Origin: an uncultured delta proteobacterium
Lineage (GTDB): Bacteria > Desulfobacterota > Syntrophobacteria > Syntrophobacterales > Syntrophobacteraceae
Direction: 5' to 3'
Assembly (NCBI GenBank): GCA_963808625.1
Contig: CAWEHK010000003.1
Coordinates: forward strand, 1 to 43,758
DNA length: 43,758 nt
Shown here: positions 1 to 12,639 of the stretch, piece by piece
Layout of the letters: each line of letters begins with the position of its first letter
Position numbering within the stretch: the stretch's first letter is position 1
The notes under the pieces: model-generated
What the model was told of the DNA's origin: nothing
Database searches by the model: none
Seen by the model: the letters and a program-made list of their open reading frames with translations, nothing else
Translations under genes and position numbers: made by a program

Positions 1-166
1 GGTTACGCCCATAACAATTTACCGGCCTTCAGCAGGTAGTCATTGAATTATTAACGGCGGTGACATTTGATGCCCTGGACGTGAGCTCCTGTAACCATTA
101 GGGTCGGGCCAAGTCATGTGCGGGTAGCGGTGAGGCTACACGTGATGCAGTGGCCCCAGGTGGAAA

Positions 167-366
167 GCGCATTTCATACGCTACCCCCGCCGCAATGGCA
201 CCGAAGATCTTGAGTCCTTCTGCACCAGGACCTTCTGAGCAGCCCAGAGTTGCAGGGTCCGTTCATCGTCACCGACGCAATCTTGATCATACCCTTAGAT
301 GTCTTTTTAATCGTGGTTCTCCACCGCCACCACGCGAAACTGCCTTGGGAGAAAGGGGAGCGCCGA
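167..366 (-). pseudogene. Internally deleted remnant of a paralogous Na+/solute symporter-histidine kinase gene
   Basis: The minus strand encodes SALPFLPRQFRVVAVENHD* (intact gene: SAILFLPRQFHVAVIENHDEKHI, ~26495-26563). This is joined directly to gaacggaccctgcaactc..gctcagaagg..ctggtgcagaagg..gccattgcggcgg, matching 28222-28322. Confidence 0.8.
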
Positions 367-413
367 GTTTGGTGAAGGTCCCAGCAGGGCAGCAGGGGGA
401 GGAAGCTGGGCAG

Positions 414-725
414 TCAAGGGCTTGGGCTTCCTCGTTGAAGTCCGGTCCGGTTCGGCAATGGCGGTGCGGGCTGTCGCCCGCACTTCAGGTTCCAGTAAGC
501 CCACGAACGCGAATCAAAGATGCCGGGCGGGGCATGGTCCAAGACCTCGCACAACTCCGCTTGCTCGACTATGCCCGCAAGCGCCTTCAAATCTTCAATC
601 GTGCCGTAGGTCATGACGTGCGCGAGAAAGTGCACGGGATCGGCGAGCGCCTCCTCCGGCTCCTTGAACGATACTATGCGGCGGGCCACGTTCAGCAATT
701 CGGGCGTTCCGGGCAAAGGCTTCAT
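414..725 (-). CDS. Small partner (probable antitoxin) of the AbiEii-type nucleotidyltransferase
   Basis: 103 aa ORF overlapping the stop of the upstream gene (ATGA). The APPGIFDSRSWAYWN motif is typical of this partner family. Confidence 0.7.
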   Translation of the reverse strand: MKPLPGTPELLNVARRIVSFKEPEEALADPVHFLAHVMTYGTIEDLKALAGIVEQAELCEVLDHAPPGIFDSRSWAYWNLKCGRQPAPPLPNRTGLQRGSPSP

Positions 726-1394
726 GGTGCGTGTTCGCTGTCCTCTTTGCGCCTGGCATACGGTGTGAGCACGGGAAGTCCGGTCGGATCGACAGCCTCA
801 ACGGCGGCGATGAGCCGTTGCCTGACCTCGGCGGGCAAGGTTGGCAGATCATCAAAAAAGGTCAGAGCCTTCAATGTAATCATGGGATTGAAACTGCGTC
901 CATAAACGACCTGCCCCGTGGCAAGCATCGTTGCTAAGTCGATGCCGTGCTGGATGAGCGCATCAATGTCGAGATAGTCCCTTGCCTCGGCCCGTTTCTG
1001 CACCACTGCAACCTTCGTACCGGCAAGATCAAGCAGCGAAGACACATAGAGTGATGTGCCCGTGAACTTGCTCACGCGGCGCGGCCTGTCCAAGCCCAAG
1101 GCCGCCGAAGAACGAAAGCAAGACCGGTCCGCCTCGTTCCACGCGACATTTCAGGGTGTTGGGAGCAACCTGCACACGCTCGGCCCCCCTGAGGTAGGGG
1201 ATCGCCTCCGAGAGTTCGTCCGGGTCAAAAGACCGGTTGGAAAATAAATATAAATCGACCGAGCTCCGGTGTCCGAGGCGCAACGCCAGCGCCGTCCCAC
1301 CGTAGAGGGTGAAATGTTCGGGCGTGGCATTAAGCTCCCGCCACAAGAGGAGTTGAGGCGTCGGAAGGATGGTCAGATTGGGCACAAAAACCAT
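722..1394 (-). CDS. Nucleotidyltransferase, AbiEii/AbiGii toxin family (frameshift near 1062)
   Basis: LYGGTALALRLGHRSSVD motif; C-terminal half LAGTK..RAEARDYLDI in a second frame; AGAGGA RBS before ATG 1394. Confidence 0.85.
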
Positions 1395-1898
1395 GCGAAT
1401 TCCTCTTTGGTCAGGTGTGAAGATATTTATATCACAGACGGGAATGCGACCGGTAGCGGTCATTGAGATGGTTTCCGAACTTGAACTTCTGCATGAGCCA
1501 TTCGTCCACACCGTAGGTCTTGAAAACGTCCGGCTGCTTTTCAGATAAGTCAAACAATCCGTGGGTTATTACTCGTCTGGTGATTCCAGCAGGCGCCTCC
1601 CCCAATTGGTCTGCACGCAGAAAATTATTCGGCACGAAGACAGCCATCGATTTTATATGACTGTGAAGCTGGAAGATTGCTGACCACTTGTTTTGCAACG
1701 ACCATAAAACCTTTCCCTTTTAGTTGAAAAATCTTCAACCCGCCATTAAGATAGCAACCTGTATTCTCACTCTGACGGCCAGTTACGCCATTGCAACAAT
1801 CCTTTCTCGTCGCATAGAGGTTGCAACGCCATGGTATAGCTGGTAGTGAGCCGAGAACCATGGATGCGCTCAATCCTGCAAGGGATGGGTAAAGGGAA

Positions 1899-2556
1899 AT
1901 GTCCCAATCAGTTGAAAGACAGGTGGTCTTGCCCTTTGCTCAGGTCGTGAGGATTTCCTTCAATTCCATGAGGGTCCGCCTTTCAAGGTCGCTCATCACG
2001 ACCGCCACCCTCGCCCTTGCTATCGCCTTCGTCGCTTACATCTGGTCTGGTTATGGCATCCTGAATGCGGTCTGGCCGCATGTCGACTCCGCCCTTCAAG
2101 AAGACATCCTCACCAGCGGCTATGAAATGATCGACGGACAATTCGGCAGCAGTCCCAAGGATCGCTGGCTGGCTATTCTGTCACTCATCGTCTGCGTCGT
2201 GGGCATCGTCAACGCGCAACTCATGGCCGTCACGGAAAGGTTCCGAGAGATCGGCACCTTCAAGTGCCTTGGCGCGCTGAACAGTTTTGTGGTGCGCATT
2301 TTCGTTCTCGAAGGGATTTATCAGGGGATCTTCGGCGGGTTTGTCGGCAGCCTGTTGGGCATTCTGGTGTCCACTCTTTCCCTCACCTTGAAACTGGGAT
2401 GGGCCGCCATGCTCTTCTGGCCACCCCTGCAGATGCTGCTGGCCATTGCCTATGCCTTGTTCCTGGCCGCGCTCCTTTCGCTTCCTGGGGGTGATGTATC
2501 CGGCGCTGGTGGCGGCGCGGATGGAACCGGCCGTAGCGTTGCGCGCCGAGGAATAA
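1899..2556 (+). CDS. Small FtsX/MacB-like ABC permease (frameshift near 2485)
   Basis: GIVNAQLMAVTERFREIGTFKCLGA signature; true C-terminus YPALVAARMEPAVALRAEE* in the shifted frame. Confidence 0.85.
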
Positions 2557-2572
2557 TAGAGGAAGAAACGGT

Positions 2573-3308
2573 ATGGAGTCGCAGGGCAACCATAATGTGG
2601 TCAGACTTTCGGAAGTGACGAAAGTCTTCCGGATGGGAAACAACCGGGTTGAGGCCCTCAAAGGGATCAACTTCGCCATCAAGGCCGGCGAATACCTCTC
2701 GATCATGGGCCCTTCCGGGTCCGGGAAATCGACCCTCTTCAATATGATCGGGGCGCTCGACAAACCCACCACCGGCCGCGTCTTCATTGACGAGGTGGAT
2801 GTCGCCCAACTCGATGCCTACGAACTGGCCTGGCTGCGCTGCCGAAAGATCGGCTACATCTTCCAGACCTTCAACTTGATTACGGTGATGACCGCCATCG
2901 AAAACGTGACGCTTCCCATGATTTTCGCCGGCATGAATCGCGACGAATACATGGAAAAGGGCATGGAGCTTCTGCGACTCGTGGGACTGGCCGAGCGCTT
3001 CCAGCACAAGCCCCCCGAACTTTCGGGCGGGCAGCAGCAGCGCGTTGCCGTCGCCCGCGCCCTGGCCAACAGCCCCGCCATCATTCTCGCCGACGAACCC
3101 ACCGGCAACCTGGACCTTACCACGGGAGAGGAAATCATCACTCTGCTCAAACAGCTCTCCACCGAACGGGGCGTGACGATCATCTCGGCGACCCACGACA
3201 TCAAGATGCTGAACGTCTCCGACCGTATCGTCTGGATTCGCGACGGGCGGATCGACCGCGTCGAGGAACGCCGGGATCTGAAGATTTCGGTGGGTCGAGG
3301 TGGGATAG
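2573..3308 (+). CDS. LolD/MacB-type ABC ATP-binding protein
   Basis: GPSGSGKST, LSGGQQQRV, ILADEPTGNLD and ATHD motifs. The true end is probably TAG 3306-3308; the ORF extension into repeats is likely an indel artefact. Confidence 0.92.
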
Positions 3309-3321
3309 AGCCATGTGAGAG

Positions 3322-3385
3322 CAGTGGATCAGTGGTCAGTGGTCAGTGGTCAGTAATCAGTAGCAGTGGTCAGTGGTCAGGTCAG
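3322..3385. repeat. Heptamer tandem repeat (AGTGGTC)n
   Basis: Degenerate tandem copies of agtggtc/agtaatc immediately after the ATPase gene. Confidence 0.8.
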
Positions 3386-3451
3386 CTGAAGCCCGGAGCA
3401 AATGTCATTCCTAACAGGGGGATCCAGGAGGGGATCTCGAGGCAGCGTCTG

Positions 3452-6400
3452 ATGGCGCCGCTGATTCTGGCATGGCTCTTGCTTGCTCCTGGTTTTATGT
3501 GGCGGCCTCAGGCCTGCTTTCGGGCTAAACCAGGTGATGAATGATATTGATTTCTTCAGCAGCCTCAAGGACCGCTCGACCGGCAGCCAGGGGGCGGAAG
3601 ATGCTGCCGATTACATTCTGAAAGTCTTTTCCGACGCCGGCCTTAACGACGTCGGTTCCCAGGAGTTCCTCCTCCCGATCCCGGAAGTGGCCTCGGCATC
3701 CCTGGAAGGGGATGGTGAAAAGCTTGACCTTTACCCCTGGGGCCCCAACCTCGTCTACCTCCCCATGACCCCCGAAACGGGGCTCGAGGGGCCTCTTCTT
3801 TACGCTGCAGACGGAGACTTCGAGCATTTCAACGGCAGCAACGTTAAGGGCAGCATCGTCCTCATGGAAATGTCCTCGTGGGAGAATTGGACCAATGCGG
3901 CCATGCTGGGAGCGAGCGCCCTGATCTTTCTCGGCGACCGTAATGCCATCAAGGGTGAGTTCAACAGAAGAACATTCCCACTCCGGTTGCCTTTCCGCGG
4001 TTTTGGGCAGACCCCGGAAACCGGAGAAAAACTGAAGAAACTGGCCGTGAAGAAGGCCCCGCAGTACCATCAAGTCCAGGACCGGGTGGCACCACAAGAT
4101 GGTCAGGAATTGCTACGGCTTTCTCCCTGGCAAGAACCCGCAACTCAAAGGCGAACTGATCGTTCTGGAAGCCTTCTACGACGCTTCCTCTCAGGTCCTG
4201 GGGCTGGCCCCCGGGGCCGATGAAGCCACGTCCATCGCGCATGCTCCTGCACGGTGGCGCGCCAACTGGCTCGCGATCCCCCGGAACGGAGTGTACTCTT
4301 TCTGGCCACTGCCGGCAATGGGCAGGGTTTTGCCGGGATGCGACAGTTCATCTGGTCGGTAACCGCACGAAAGAAACTGCTGCGGAAGGAATCCAAGCGA
4401 CTGCAGGACCAAAGACAGCGTGCCGGCCGTGAGCTCGATCTGCTGCAAAAGGAAGATCCCCTTGCCGTGGACGACAAAAAAGACCGGGAACTGTGCTGCA
4501 GGTCCTGGTCGAAAGAGCGAAGGACAAAGCGGATGCGCTCATCAGGGAGGTCCAGTATCGGCAGACCTCTCGAAAGCGGGGCGGCCGGCGAACTGGAAGA
4601 CCCGAAACCCTATCGGCACCTTTCCTGGATCACCAGCCTGGGCGAACTGACCCCCGAGCAGCGGCCCATGGCCCTCGATCTCCTCAAATCCGCACGGCCC
4701 AGCTTGAAAGCCAGCAGAAGGAAATCAAGCTGCGGCACCAGGCGATCAAGACCAGTGAGGCGCTGCGGAACCTGGTGGATGAACACAACGCGGTGCTCTT
4801 CCTGAGCCTCCATCTCTCTTCCCATTCCCCTTATCTCGGTTTGGCGGAAATGGGCGCGACCTATCCCCTCCGTGAAAGCGTGAAACGGATGGCGCGGGCC
4901 GGTCGGCTGAACGCCATGCTGAACCAGGTTGCCACCAAGGTTGCCAGTGACGAGAAGTTACCGAACATGTTCGGTGAGCCCGGGGGCGTCAGCGGTGACG
5001 TGGGGGCCGGCAGGGTCCCCGCCGGCTCCCCCTCTGTTGTGATGTGGGGCTGCTCGCCGGTCTTCCGGCGATTTCCCTGCTGACCCTGGATGATGATCGT
5101 TCGCGCTGGTCCACCCCTCATGACACCATGGATCGCATCGACAGCGCCAACATCACCGCTCTCTCGAGGTTCCTCCCTCCCCTCCTCTCCCGGCTGTTTT
5201 CCCATCCCTCCCTTCATCTCGGCATCGAAGGGGGGATAGCCGGCCTGGCGAGTCTCGAAGGGCAGGCCATGTTCATTCGCCAGGGGGAGCTCTTCCCCGA
5301 CCAGCCGGCCCCGGGAACGATCATTTCGGTCATTCAGGGGGACAGCCGTGTTCCGCACGATGGTCTATCAGGACGGCACTTTTTTTATCCCGGGACTGGC
5401 CAACAAAAGGGTCTCTCTCGAAAAGCTCATTCTCGAACCCTACGGACTGGATCCCGACACCGGCAGGGTGGCCTGGACGGCGGACAAGGTCCAAACCCGC
5501 AAGGTCAACTACCGGATCAAGGTGAAAAGCGATCTGGCCACGACCTCCCTGGTCATGTTCCACTGCCTGCAGACCGATGTCATCAACGTCTTCAATCCCC
5601 AGAACATGAGCTACCTCACCAAAGCGACGCTGCTCGATGCGGCCACGGAAGCAACGCCCCTCCGCTACTGGTACAGCCGCGTCGACGGCCGGGACAACAT
5701 GGCGGTTTCCGTTTTCCTCGAGAAAAGCACCCGGTTTAAGCTCCTCATGGCAGAGTCGCTTCTCCGCAAGGAATTGCTGCTCCTGAACAATTCCCCTGAA
5801 AGCACCACGGGAAAAGGCTTCCTCATTGGCGATCCCGCCACCATTCTCGCCGCGCCTTACCAGGCGGCGAAGGACCTGGAAATCTCGGCGGAGAACGCCT
5901 GGGCAACCTGTTCCGGCACGGCATCATGAACTGGCACTGAAGGGCTTTACAAATCATCGGTGCAGGCCATCGATGAATCTCAAGATGACCTGTCAGGAAC
6001 CAGTACGGCCAATTCTGGGACCGCGTGATTGCCGCATGGTCAAGACTGGATACGTCTACAGTGAAATCGAAGGCACCCAGCGTGACGTGCTGACCGGAGT
6101 CATGTTTTTCATTGCCCTGTTTGTGCCCTTTGCCTACTGCATGGAACGATATCTCTTCTGCTTTCGCAATATCTATCAGCAGCTGGTCGCATTTCTCCTG
6201 ATTCTGATCATGACCATCGTCACCATCCGCGCCCTCCACCCCGCCTTTCAGCTCACCTACAGCCCCATGGTGGTCATCATCGCCTTCTTCATCGTGGGCC
6301 TGTCCCTCCTGGTGTCCTGGATCATTTTCATGCGGTTTGAAGAAGAGATGGCCAACGAGCAGGGCCGCGTCGCAGCCAGGGACGCCCCAGGCCAGCAAAT

Positions 6401-8169
6401 GGAAGGCCTTCGGAGCCGGATTCGCCATCGGCGTATCCAATCTCAACCGGCGGAAACTCAGCACGGGCCTTACCTGCATCACTTTGATCATTCTGACCTT
6501 CACCGTCATGTCCTTTACCAATGTGAAGAGCTTCCACAGAACCACCGATACGCGAATTGCCGATGCCGCCGCCTATCGAAGGGGTGCTGTTGCGCCACCA
6601 GTACCGCATGCCCCTAACCCCGGTGACCCTGGAACATGAAGGCACGGTTCGGCGGGGACGCGGCCATCTGGCCCCGGGCCTGGATTGACCCGCGCAGTGC
6701 TGCGGAACGAACCATCGCCAGGGTTTATCGCAGGCCAGAGGGTTGCTCCCGTTGAAGGCATTCTGGGCTGGGGCACAAGGTCCCCGCGTACTTTCGCAAG
6801 ATGGTGAAACACGGGCGCTGGTTCCAGGCTGACGATGACGAGGCCATCCTGATTTCCCTTGCCATGGCCAGGCAACTGGGTCTGGACCCGGATCGCGACC
6901 AGAATGCCCGGGTTCAGCTCCTGGGTTCACCTTTCAAGGTGGTGGGCTACTTCGATGAGGCCCTGCTCCAATCATTGAAAGATCTGGACCAGAACCCCAT
7001 CACCCCGGCTTATCTCGAAATCGAGCCAGAGTGAAGAACTGTCCGAGGTGGAAATTGAGGCCATCCAGTCGGGCGAAGAGGTGCTCCCGAAAAACGAGCG
7101 CTTCCGCTATGCCAGCGCTCAAGCCACCGTCATTCTCCCCTTCCGGAAGTGCATCGATTACGGGGGCACTCTGAAGGCCCTGGCGATCATTCCCGAAGAA
7201 GGGCAAAGTCCGTTGGGCATTGCCGGCGATCTTTCGTCGTGGCTGGCCTTCCCTCTGTTCGTCGGGGAGCACGGGGTATGGTATCACAGCGCCAGCACAG
7301 CGGTTCGGTATCAAGGGGTGGCCAACTTGATCGTGCCGATCCTGATCGTCATTTTCATTACCCTCAATACCATGATCGGGCACGTTCATGAACGGCAGCG
7401 GGAGATCGGCACCTACACTTCGGTGGGTCTCGCTCCCATCCATGTGGGCTTTCTCTTTATCGTCGAGGCCCTTTCCCTGGCCGCCATCTCCACCGTCATC
7501 GGCTACATCCTGGCCCAGCTGAGCGCAAAATTCCTGGGGAATACCGCCCTCTTCGCCCAGCTGACCTTCAACTACTCTTCCATGGCAAGTGTCGCCTGCA
7601 TGTTTCTGGTGTTTTCGGTGGTTTTCCTCGCCGCTCTCTACCCGGCGCGCCTGGCTGCCGAAATTGCCATGCCCGACGTCAACCGTTCATGGACGCTTCC
7701 CGAAGCCGAGGGGGACATGCTTATCATGAATCTCCCCTTCCTCTTGAAAGGTGAAGAAGAAGAGGGGGTGATGAGGTTTCTCTTCACCTTCTTCAGGTCC
7801 TACCAGGAGGCGACGCAGGGGACATTCATCGTGGACCGGGTCGATTTCGACATGGAGGTCCCGGAGGCGAGACCCGGGCAGCTGCCCGCTCCTTTATGCC
7901 CCCTGATCAGGATGAACGTCTGGCTGGCGCCCTTCGATTTTGGGATCAAACAGCATCTCCAGCTTCACTGCTGCCCGTCAATGGACAATCCGGGGTACCT
8001 GGAGATCGGCCTGCTGATGACGAGGCTCTCCGGAGAACGCTCCGCGTGGACCCGGGCGAACAAGAACTTCATCAAGGCATTGCGCAAACAGATGCTCCAG
8101 TGGCGGCTGCTGGATCCCAAGGCCAAGCAGGTCTTCTTCGGCGAGCAGTGGGCTGTGGTTGAGGGTTGA
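3452..8169 (+). CDS. Giant (~1550 aa) membrane protein: PA/M28-peptidase-like ectodomain plus C-terminal FtsX-like permease (multiple frameshifts)
   Basis: Consecutive ORF fragments give a signal-like N-terminus, DRSTGSQGAEDAADYI, a PA-like segment, EAFYD..APGADEA, STPHDT, TM blocks and LNTMIGHVHERQREIGTYTSVGLAP. Confidence 0.8.
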
Positions 8170-8219
8170 GGTTGATGGTTGAGGTTGATGGTTGATGGTT
8201 GAGGGGTTGAGTGGTTGAC
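8157..8219. repeat. Heptamer tandem repeat (GGTTGAK)n
   Basis: ggttgag/ggttgat units overlapping the stop codon of the giant permease. Confidence 0.8.
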
Positions 8220-8252
8220 ATGTTGAGGGTAAAACCTGGATGGCAGGGTATG

Positions 8253-8282
8253 GTAGGGTGGGCACGTCTTTTTGTGCCCACC
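8253..8282 (+). repeat. REP-like element (GTAG plus hairpin)
   Basis: GTAG-GGTGGGCAC-loop-GTGCCCACC. Confidence 0.7.
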
Positions 8283-8356
8283 AGACTTGAGCGCTGACTC
8301 ACGCCCGTCTGCATGGTATTGGTTGGTGGTGAAACGGCGAAAAGAGGAAATCTTGG

Positions 8357-10335
8357 ATGAAAAAGACTCCCATACGCTTTCCGGCGCTCCTTACGGGCTT
8401 GGTCCTGGTCATTCTTTTTTCCGCCTTCACGCCCTACAACAATGCCAAACTGCAGAACAGCCCCCTTGCCGGCGGCCATTTTCCCCTGGCTTCTTTCGGG
8501 TGCTTCCTGCTTCTCCTGGTGGTCATCAATCCTCTTCTGTCGCTCATAAGAAAGAACTGGCGTTTTCATCTTCATGAGCTCCTGCTGGTCTGGGCCATGG
8601 TTACGGTGGCCACGGGCATCGCCTACACCGGACTCATGCGCACTTTCATCATCAACATCACCACCCCCACCTGGTTCACCACAACGACGAGCAACCTCGG
8701 CCAGCTTCTGCCTCCGCTCCTGCCGGATTCCCTTTTTCCCAAAGACCCCGACATGGTTCGCACCCTCTACAGCGGCTTCGAGGGCGGCCTGGATATGAGC
8801 TGGTGGCAGGTGCTTTCGCAGATTCCCTGGACCAACTGGGCCCTGCCCATGGTATGGTGGGGCCTTTTCATGGTCTTCGTCTATACGGCCATGGTGGGGA
8901 TGGTCGGATTGTTCTCCCACCAGTGGGTCGAGAACGAAAAGATGAACTTCCCTTTGCTCCGGGTCCCGGAAATCCTCGGGGAGGAAGCCGAAAAGGGTCG
9001 TCTTTTGAAGTTTTTCACCCACCGGTATTTTATCATCGGATTCAGCATCCCGCTGGCCCTTCACCTGCTCAACGGCCTCACACCTACTTTCCCCAGGTCC
9101 CCCAGGTGCCCACACTCGTTCTTGCTTCACCCTACATCCCCAAGGAAGGACTTCTCTCCGGTTTTTATAAGGCGAAAATTTACATCTATCCCGCGTTCAT
9201 CGGCTTTGCCTTTCTTACGTCAAAACAGGTCTCCTTCAGCCTGTGGAGTTTTTTTATCATGGGCGGGCTTTTGCCGGGATTGCTCGAATCGCTCGGCTGG
9301 CGCCTCCCCGCCGCGGCCCTCGGGACGACCTTTGGGCCGGTTGTCTCCCGGGTTGAAGAGATGCAGATGGTGGGTGCCTTTGCCGTCTTCTTTCTGTTTA
9401 TTCTCTGGCTCGCCAGAGACCATCTCAAGCTGGTGGTCCGATCGGTTTATCAAGGTCGCGATCTGATCCAGGAATGTCATGGTCTGCTTTGCCCGAGGCT
9501 CGCGCTGTTCCTCTTTGTGGCCGGATTCATCGCCGTTGCCGCCTGGCTGAGCCTCTTCGGCATGGATCTTCTGCCGACCCTCATGTTTCTCGTCATCTGC
9601 TTCATGCTGCAACTGGTCAACTCGCGGCTGATCTGCCAGGGCGGCCTCCCCTATCTCACTTTGCCCCTGGCCCCTCCCGACGGCTTCCTGGCCTTTTTTC
9701 AAACGCGCCTGATTGCTCCGGTGACGCTTTACATGGCGCTCGTCGTGCAAAAGGTGACCTTCCTCGACATCCGGGAGTCCCTGATGCCCTCCCTGTTCCA
9801 TTCGGCAAAACTCTCCGAAGGAAGCAGCCCCAGGTTCCGTTTTCTGGTGGGTATTCTTCTGGCGATCGTCGCCGGGGTGGTGGTTTCCTTCGCGGCCTAC
9901 CTGGCGCTCTACTACAAGTTCGGGCTCAATACCCTCCCGGATGAATGGGCCGTTGAAACCACCAGGAGGGTCCATGAAAATTTCGCGCAACTGCTCAACC
10001 ACCCGGAGGGGCCAAAGCACTGGAGCATGATCTTCACCATCATCGGGGTCGGCGTCATGGGCCTTCTCGTGGCGGGATATCACCACTTCATCTGGTGGCC
10101 GCTGCATCCCATCGGCTATCTCACGACTTACAGCTCCGCCATGCAGATCCTGTGGTTCGGTTTTTTCATCGGCTGGCTCTGCAACACCTTGGTCCTGCGG
10201 TACGGCGGTGTGGATCGGTTCAAGGAAGTCAGGCGCCTTTTCATCGGCTTGATGGTGGGCGATATGACGATGGCCATTGTCTGGCTGATGGTCGGCCTTT
10301 TTGCCTCCATCAGCTACCATGTGTTGCCGTTCTGA
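8357..10335 (+). CDS. DUF6785/DUF6784-like polytopic membrane protein (OPT-related; frameshift near 9077)
   Basis: QWVENEKMNFPL and WWPLHPIGY..VLRYGG motifs, many TM segments across two frames. Confidence 0.75.
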
Positions 10336-10390
10336 AGCTAAGCAGTGATCAGTACAAGGCAGTCATGACACTGTCGCACACTGAGAATGG

Positions 10391-12367
10391 ATGTACGAAG
10401 ATAAGGAACTCAAGGAATATCGTGACCTCCTGCAGCCGCCGACGAGTTCGAAGACGGGTTCGGCTGGAAGTCCATCATCGGGGCGATATTCATCGGCTTC
10501 CTGATGATGCCCGGGTCCATGTACCTGGGGCTGGTGATCGGCACGGGAATCGGGCCGGCGGCGCGCTGGGTGACCATCATCCTGTTTGCCGAAATGGCCA
10601 AGCGTGCCTACACGAAACTTCGAGCCAGCAGGAGATCTTCGTCCTCTATTACATGGCCGGAGCCGCCATGGCGTCGCCGTTTTCCGGGCTGCTCTGGAAC
10701 CAGTATCTGGTGCAGTCGGAAGCGGCACAGAATGCTGGGGCTGACCCCGCACATCCCGGCGTGGGTGGCCCCGGCGCGGGATCCGAGGCTCTCGCTGGAA
10801 CGCACCTTTTTCCACCGGGACTGGCTGATTCCCATCCTCCTCATGATCGGCTTCGAAATCATCTCGGCGGTGGACCATTTCGGCCTGGGCTACGCCCTCT
10901 ATCGCTTCACTTCGGACGTGGAAAAACTCCCCTTCCCCATGGCCCCGGTGGGGGCCCTGGGCAACATGGCGCTGGCGGAATCGACCGAAAGGGAAACCAG
11001 CTGGAAATGGCGGGTGTTTTCCATCGGCGGCATGATCGGACTGGTCTTCGGCGCGCTCTACGTGCTGCTTCCGGCCGCTTCGGGGGTGATCCTGTCGGAA
11101 CCCATCCGGCTTTTCCCCATCCCCTGGATTGAGCTCACCCACGTCACCGAAGACTCTTTCCCGGCGGTGGCCACCGGCATCCAGCTGGACCTGGGGCTGC
11201 TTTTCATCGGCATGGTGCTGCCCTTTTGGGCGGTGATCGGCGGGCGGGATCGGTTTCCTGCGTCACCCTCATCGCCAACCCCATCCTCTACGAGCATCGG
11301 CATCCTGCACCGCTGGCACAAGGGGATGGGCAACGGTGGACACGGTCTTTGCCAACAACTTCGATTTCTACATGAGTTTCGGTATCGGCCTGGGGCTGGC
11401 CATTGCGGCGTTGGGCATCTTTCACGTGTTTTTCAGCTTCCGACAGAAACACCTGGGGACCTCTTCAAAGAGCGGCTCAAGTCGCTCTTCTCGCCCCCTC
11501 CGGGCCGCGGTGATTTCAGCATCTGGATTGCCCTCGGGATCTATGTCTTCTCCACGACCGCTTACATCTACCTCTCATCCCTGCTGGTGCCCGGCTTTCC
11601 GTGGATCTTTCTGGTGGCCTACGGTTTCATCTACACGCCCATTCATTTCCTACGTGTCGGCGCGAATGGAAGGGATTGCCGGGCAGTTCGTGAGCCTGCC
11701 CATGGTGCGGGAAGCCAGTTTCATCGCCGCTTCCAAGTTTTTTGGCTACCACGGGCATCGGCATCTGGTATGCCCCCATCCCCATCCACAACTACGGCAA
11801 GGCCACCCAGAGGTGGCGCGAAATCGAACTCACCGGCACCAGTTTCCGGAGCATCATCAAGGCCGAGATCCTGGTGGTCTCCCGGTGGTGCTCATCGCCA
11901 GCCTGCTCTTTTCCCAATACATCTGGCAACTGGCGCCCATCCCCTCGGCAACACTACCCTTATGCGCAGGAACTGTGGCATCTTCAGGCTCTGAACACCC
12001 TGCTGCTGCAGAGCGCCACGCTGGAGGGCAATTCGCCCTTCTTCGAGGCCCTCAAGGTTGACTACATGGCCGTCGGGCATGGGCCTGGGAGTCTTCACCT
12101 ACTGGCGGCTGGCGGCCCTGAAGCTGCCCGATGATGCTGATCTACGGCATCATTCGCGGCCTCGGGCAGTCCACTCCCCACGGGATGTTTCTGGAAATCA
12201 TCGGGGCCTTCATCGGCCGCTATTATTTCATGAAAAAATACGGCCTCGTCTGGCGCCAGTATGCCCCGGTGCTGCTGGCCGGTTTTTCCTGCGGCATGGG
12301 CCTCATGGGCATGCTCGCCATGGGCTTCACTCTCATCATGCGGTCACTGCGCAGCCTCGCCTACTGA
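10391..12367 (+). CDS. OPT/YSL-like 'peptide transporter' membrane protein (multiple frameshifts)
   Basis: Starts MYEDKELKEYRDLL..EFEDGFGWKSIIGAIF; contains DVEKLPFPMAPVGA; ends RQYAPVLLAGFSCGMGLMGM..LAY*. Confidence 0.75.
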
Positions 12368-12481
12368 GAAGTGATCAGTGGTCAGTGGTCAGTGAATCTC
12401 ATCATGTGGTCGCTGCGAAGCCTCACCTACTGAGCACATGAGCACAAATAGCTGCATCCTGTTCACCCTGAAGTGCAGGCC

Positions 12482-12600
12482 TGTTGTGTTCACCTCGGAG
12501 TGTGGGGCAGGCTTTCCAGATGTGAAACGAACCAACGGTACACGACTTAATTCTCATGTTGTGTTCAACTCGGAGTGTGGGGCAGGCTTTCCAGCCTGCC
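12482..12600 (+). repeat. Two 38-bp direct repeats ending in a REP-like GTGG-hairpin, separated by 37 bp
   Basis: tgttgtgttca(c/a)ctcggagtgtggggcaggctttccag at 12482-12519 and 12557-12594; the second completes GGCAGGCT-ttcc-AGCCTGCC. Confidence 0.75.
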
Positions 12601-12639
12601 ACCAGCAGGCCTGCGACTGGTTGCCAATCGCAGGATGAA

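Noticed and set aside
150..905. 251-aa plus-strand ORF
   Set aside because: Antisense to the TA pair and the kinase relic, with non-protein-like composition.
1432..1698. 88-aa ORF upstream of the AbiEii gene
   Set aside because: No recognisable family motif; possibly a gene fragment but not supportable.
12482..12594. CRISPR-like 38-bp repeat / 37-bp spacer / repeat
   Set aside because: Only two repeats, no cas genes, and the repeat ends in a REP-type hairpin; better explained as a REP duplication.
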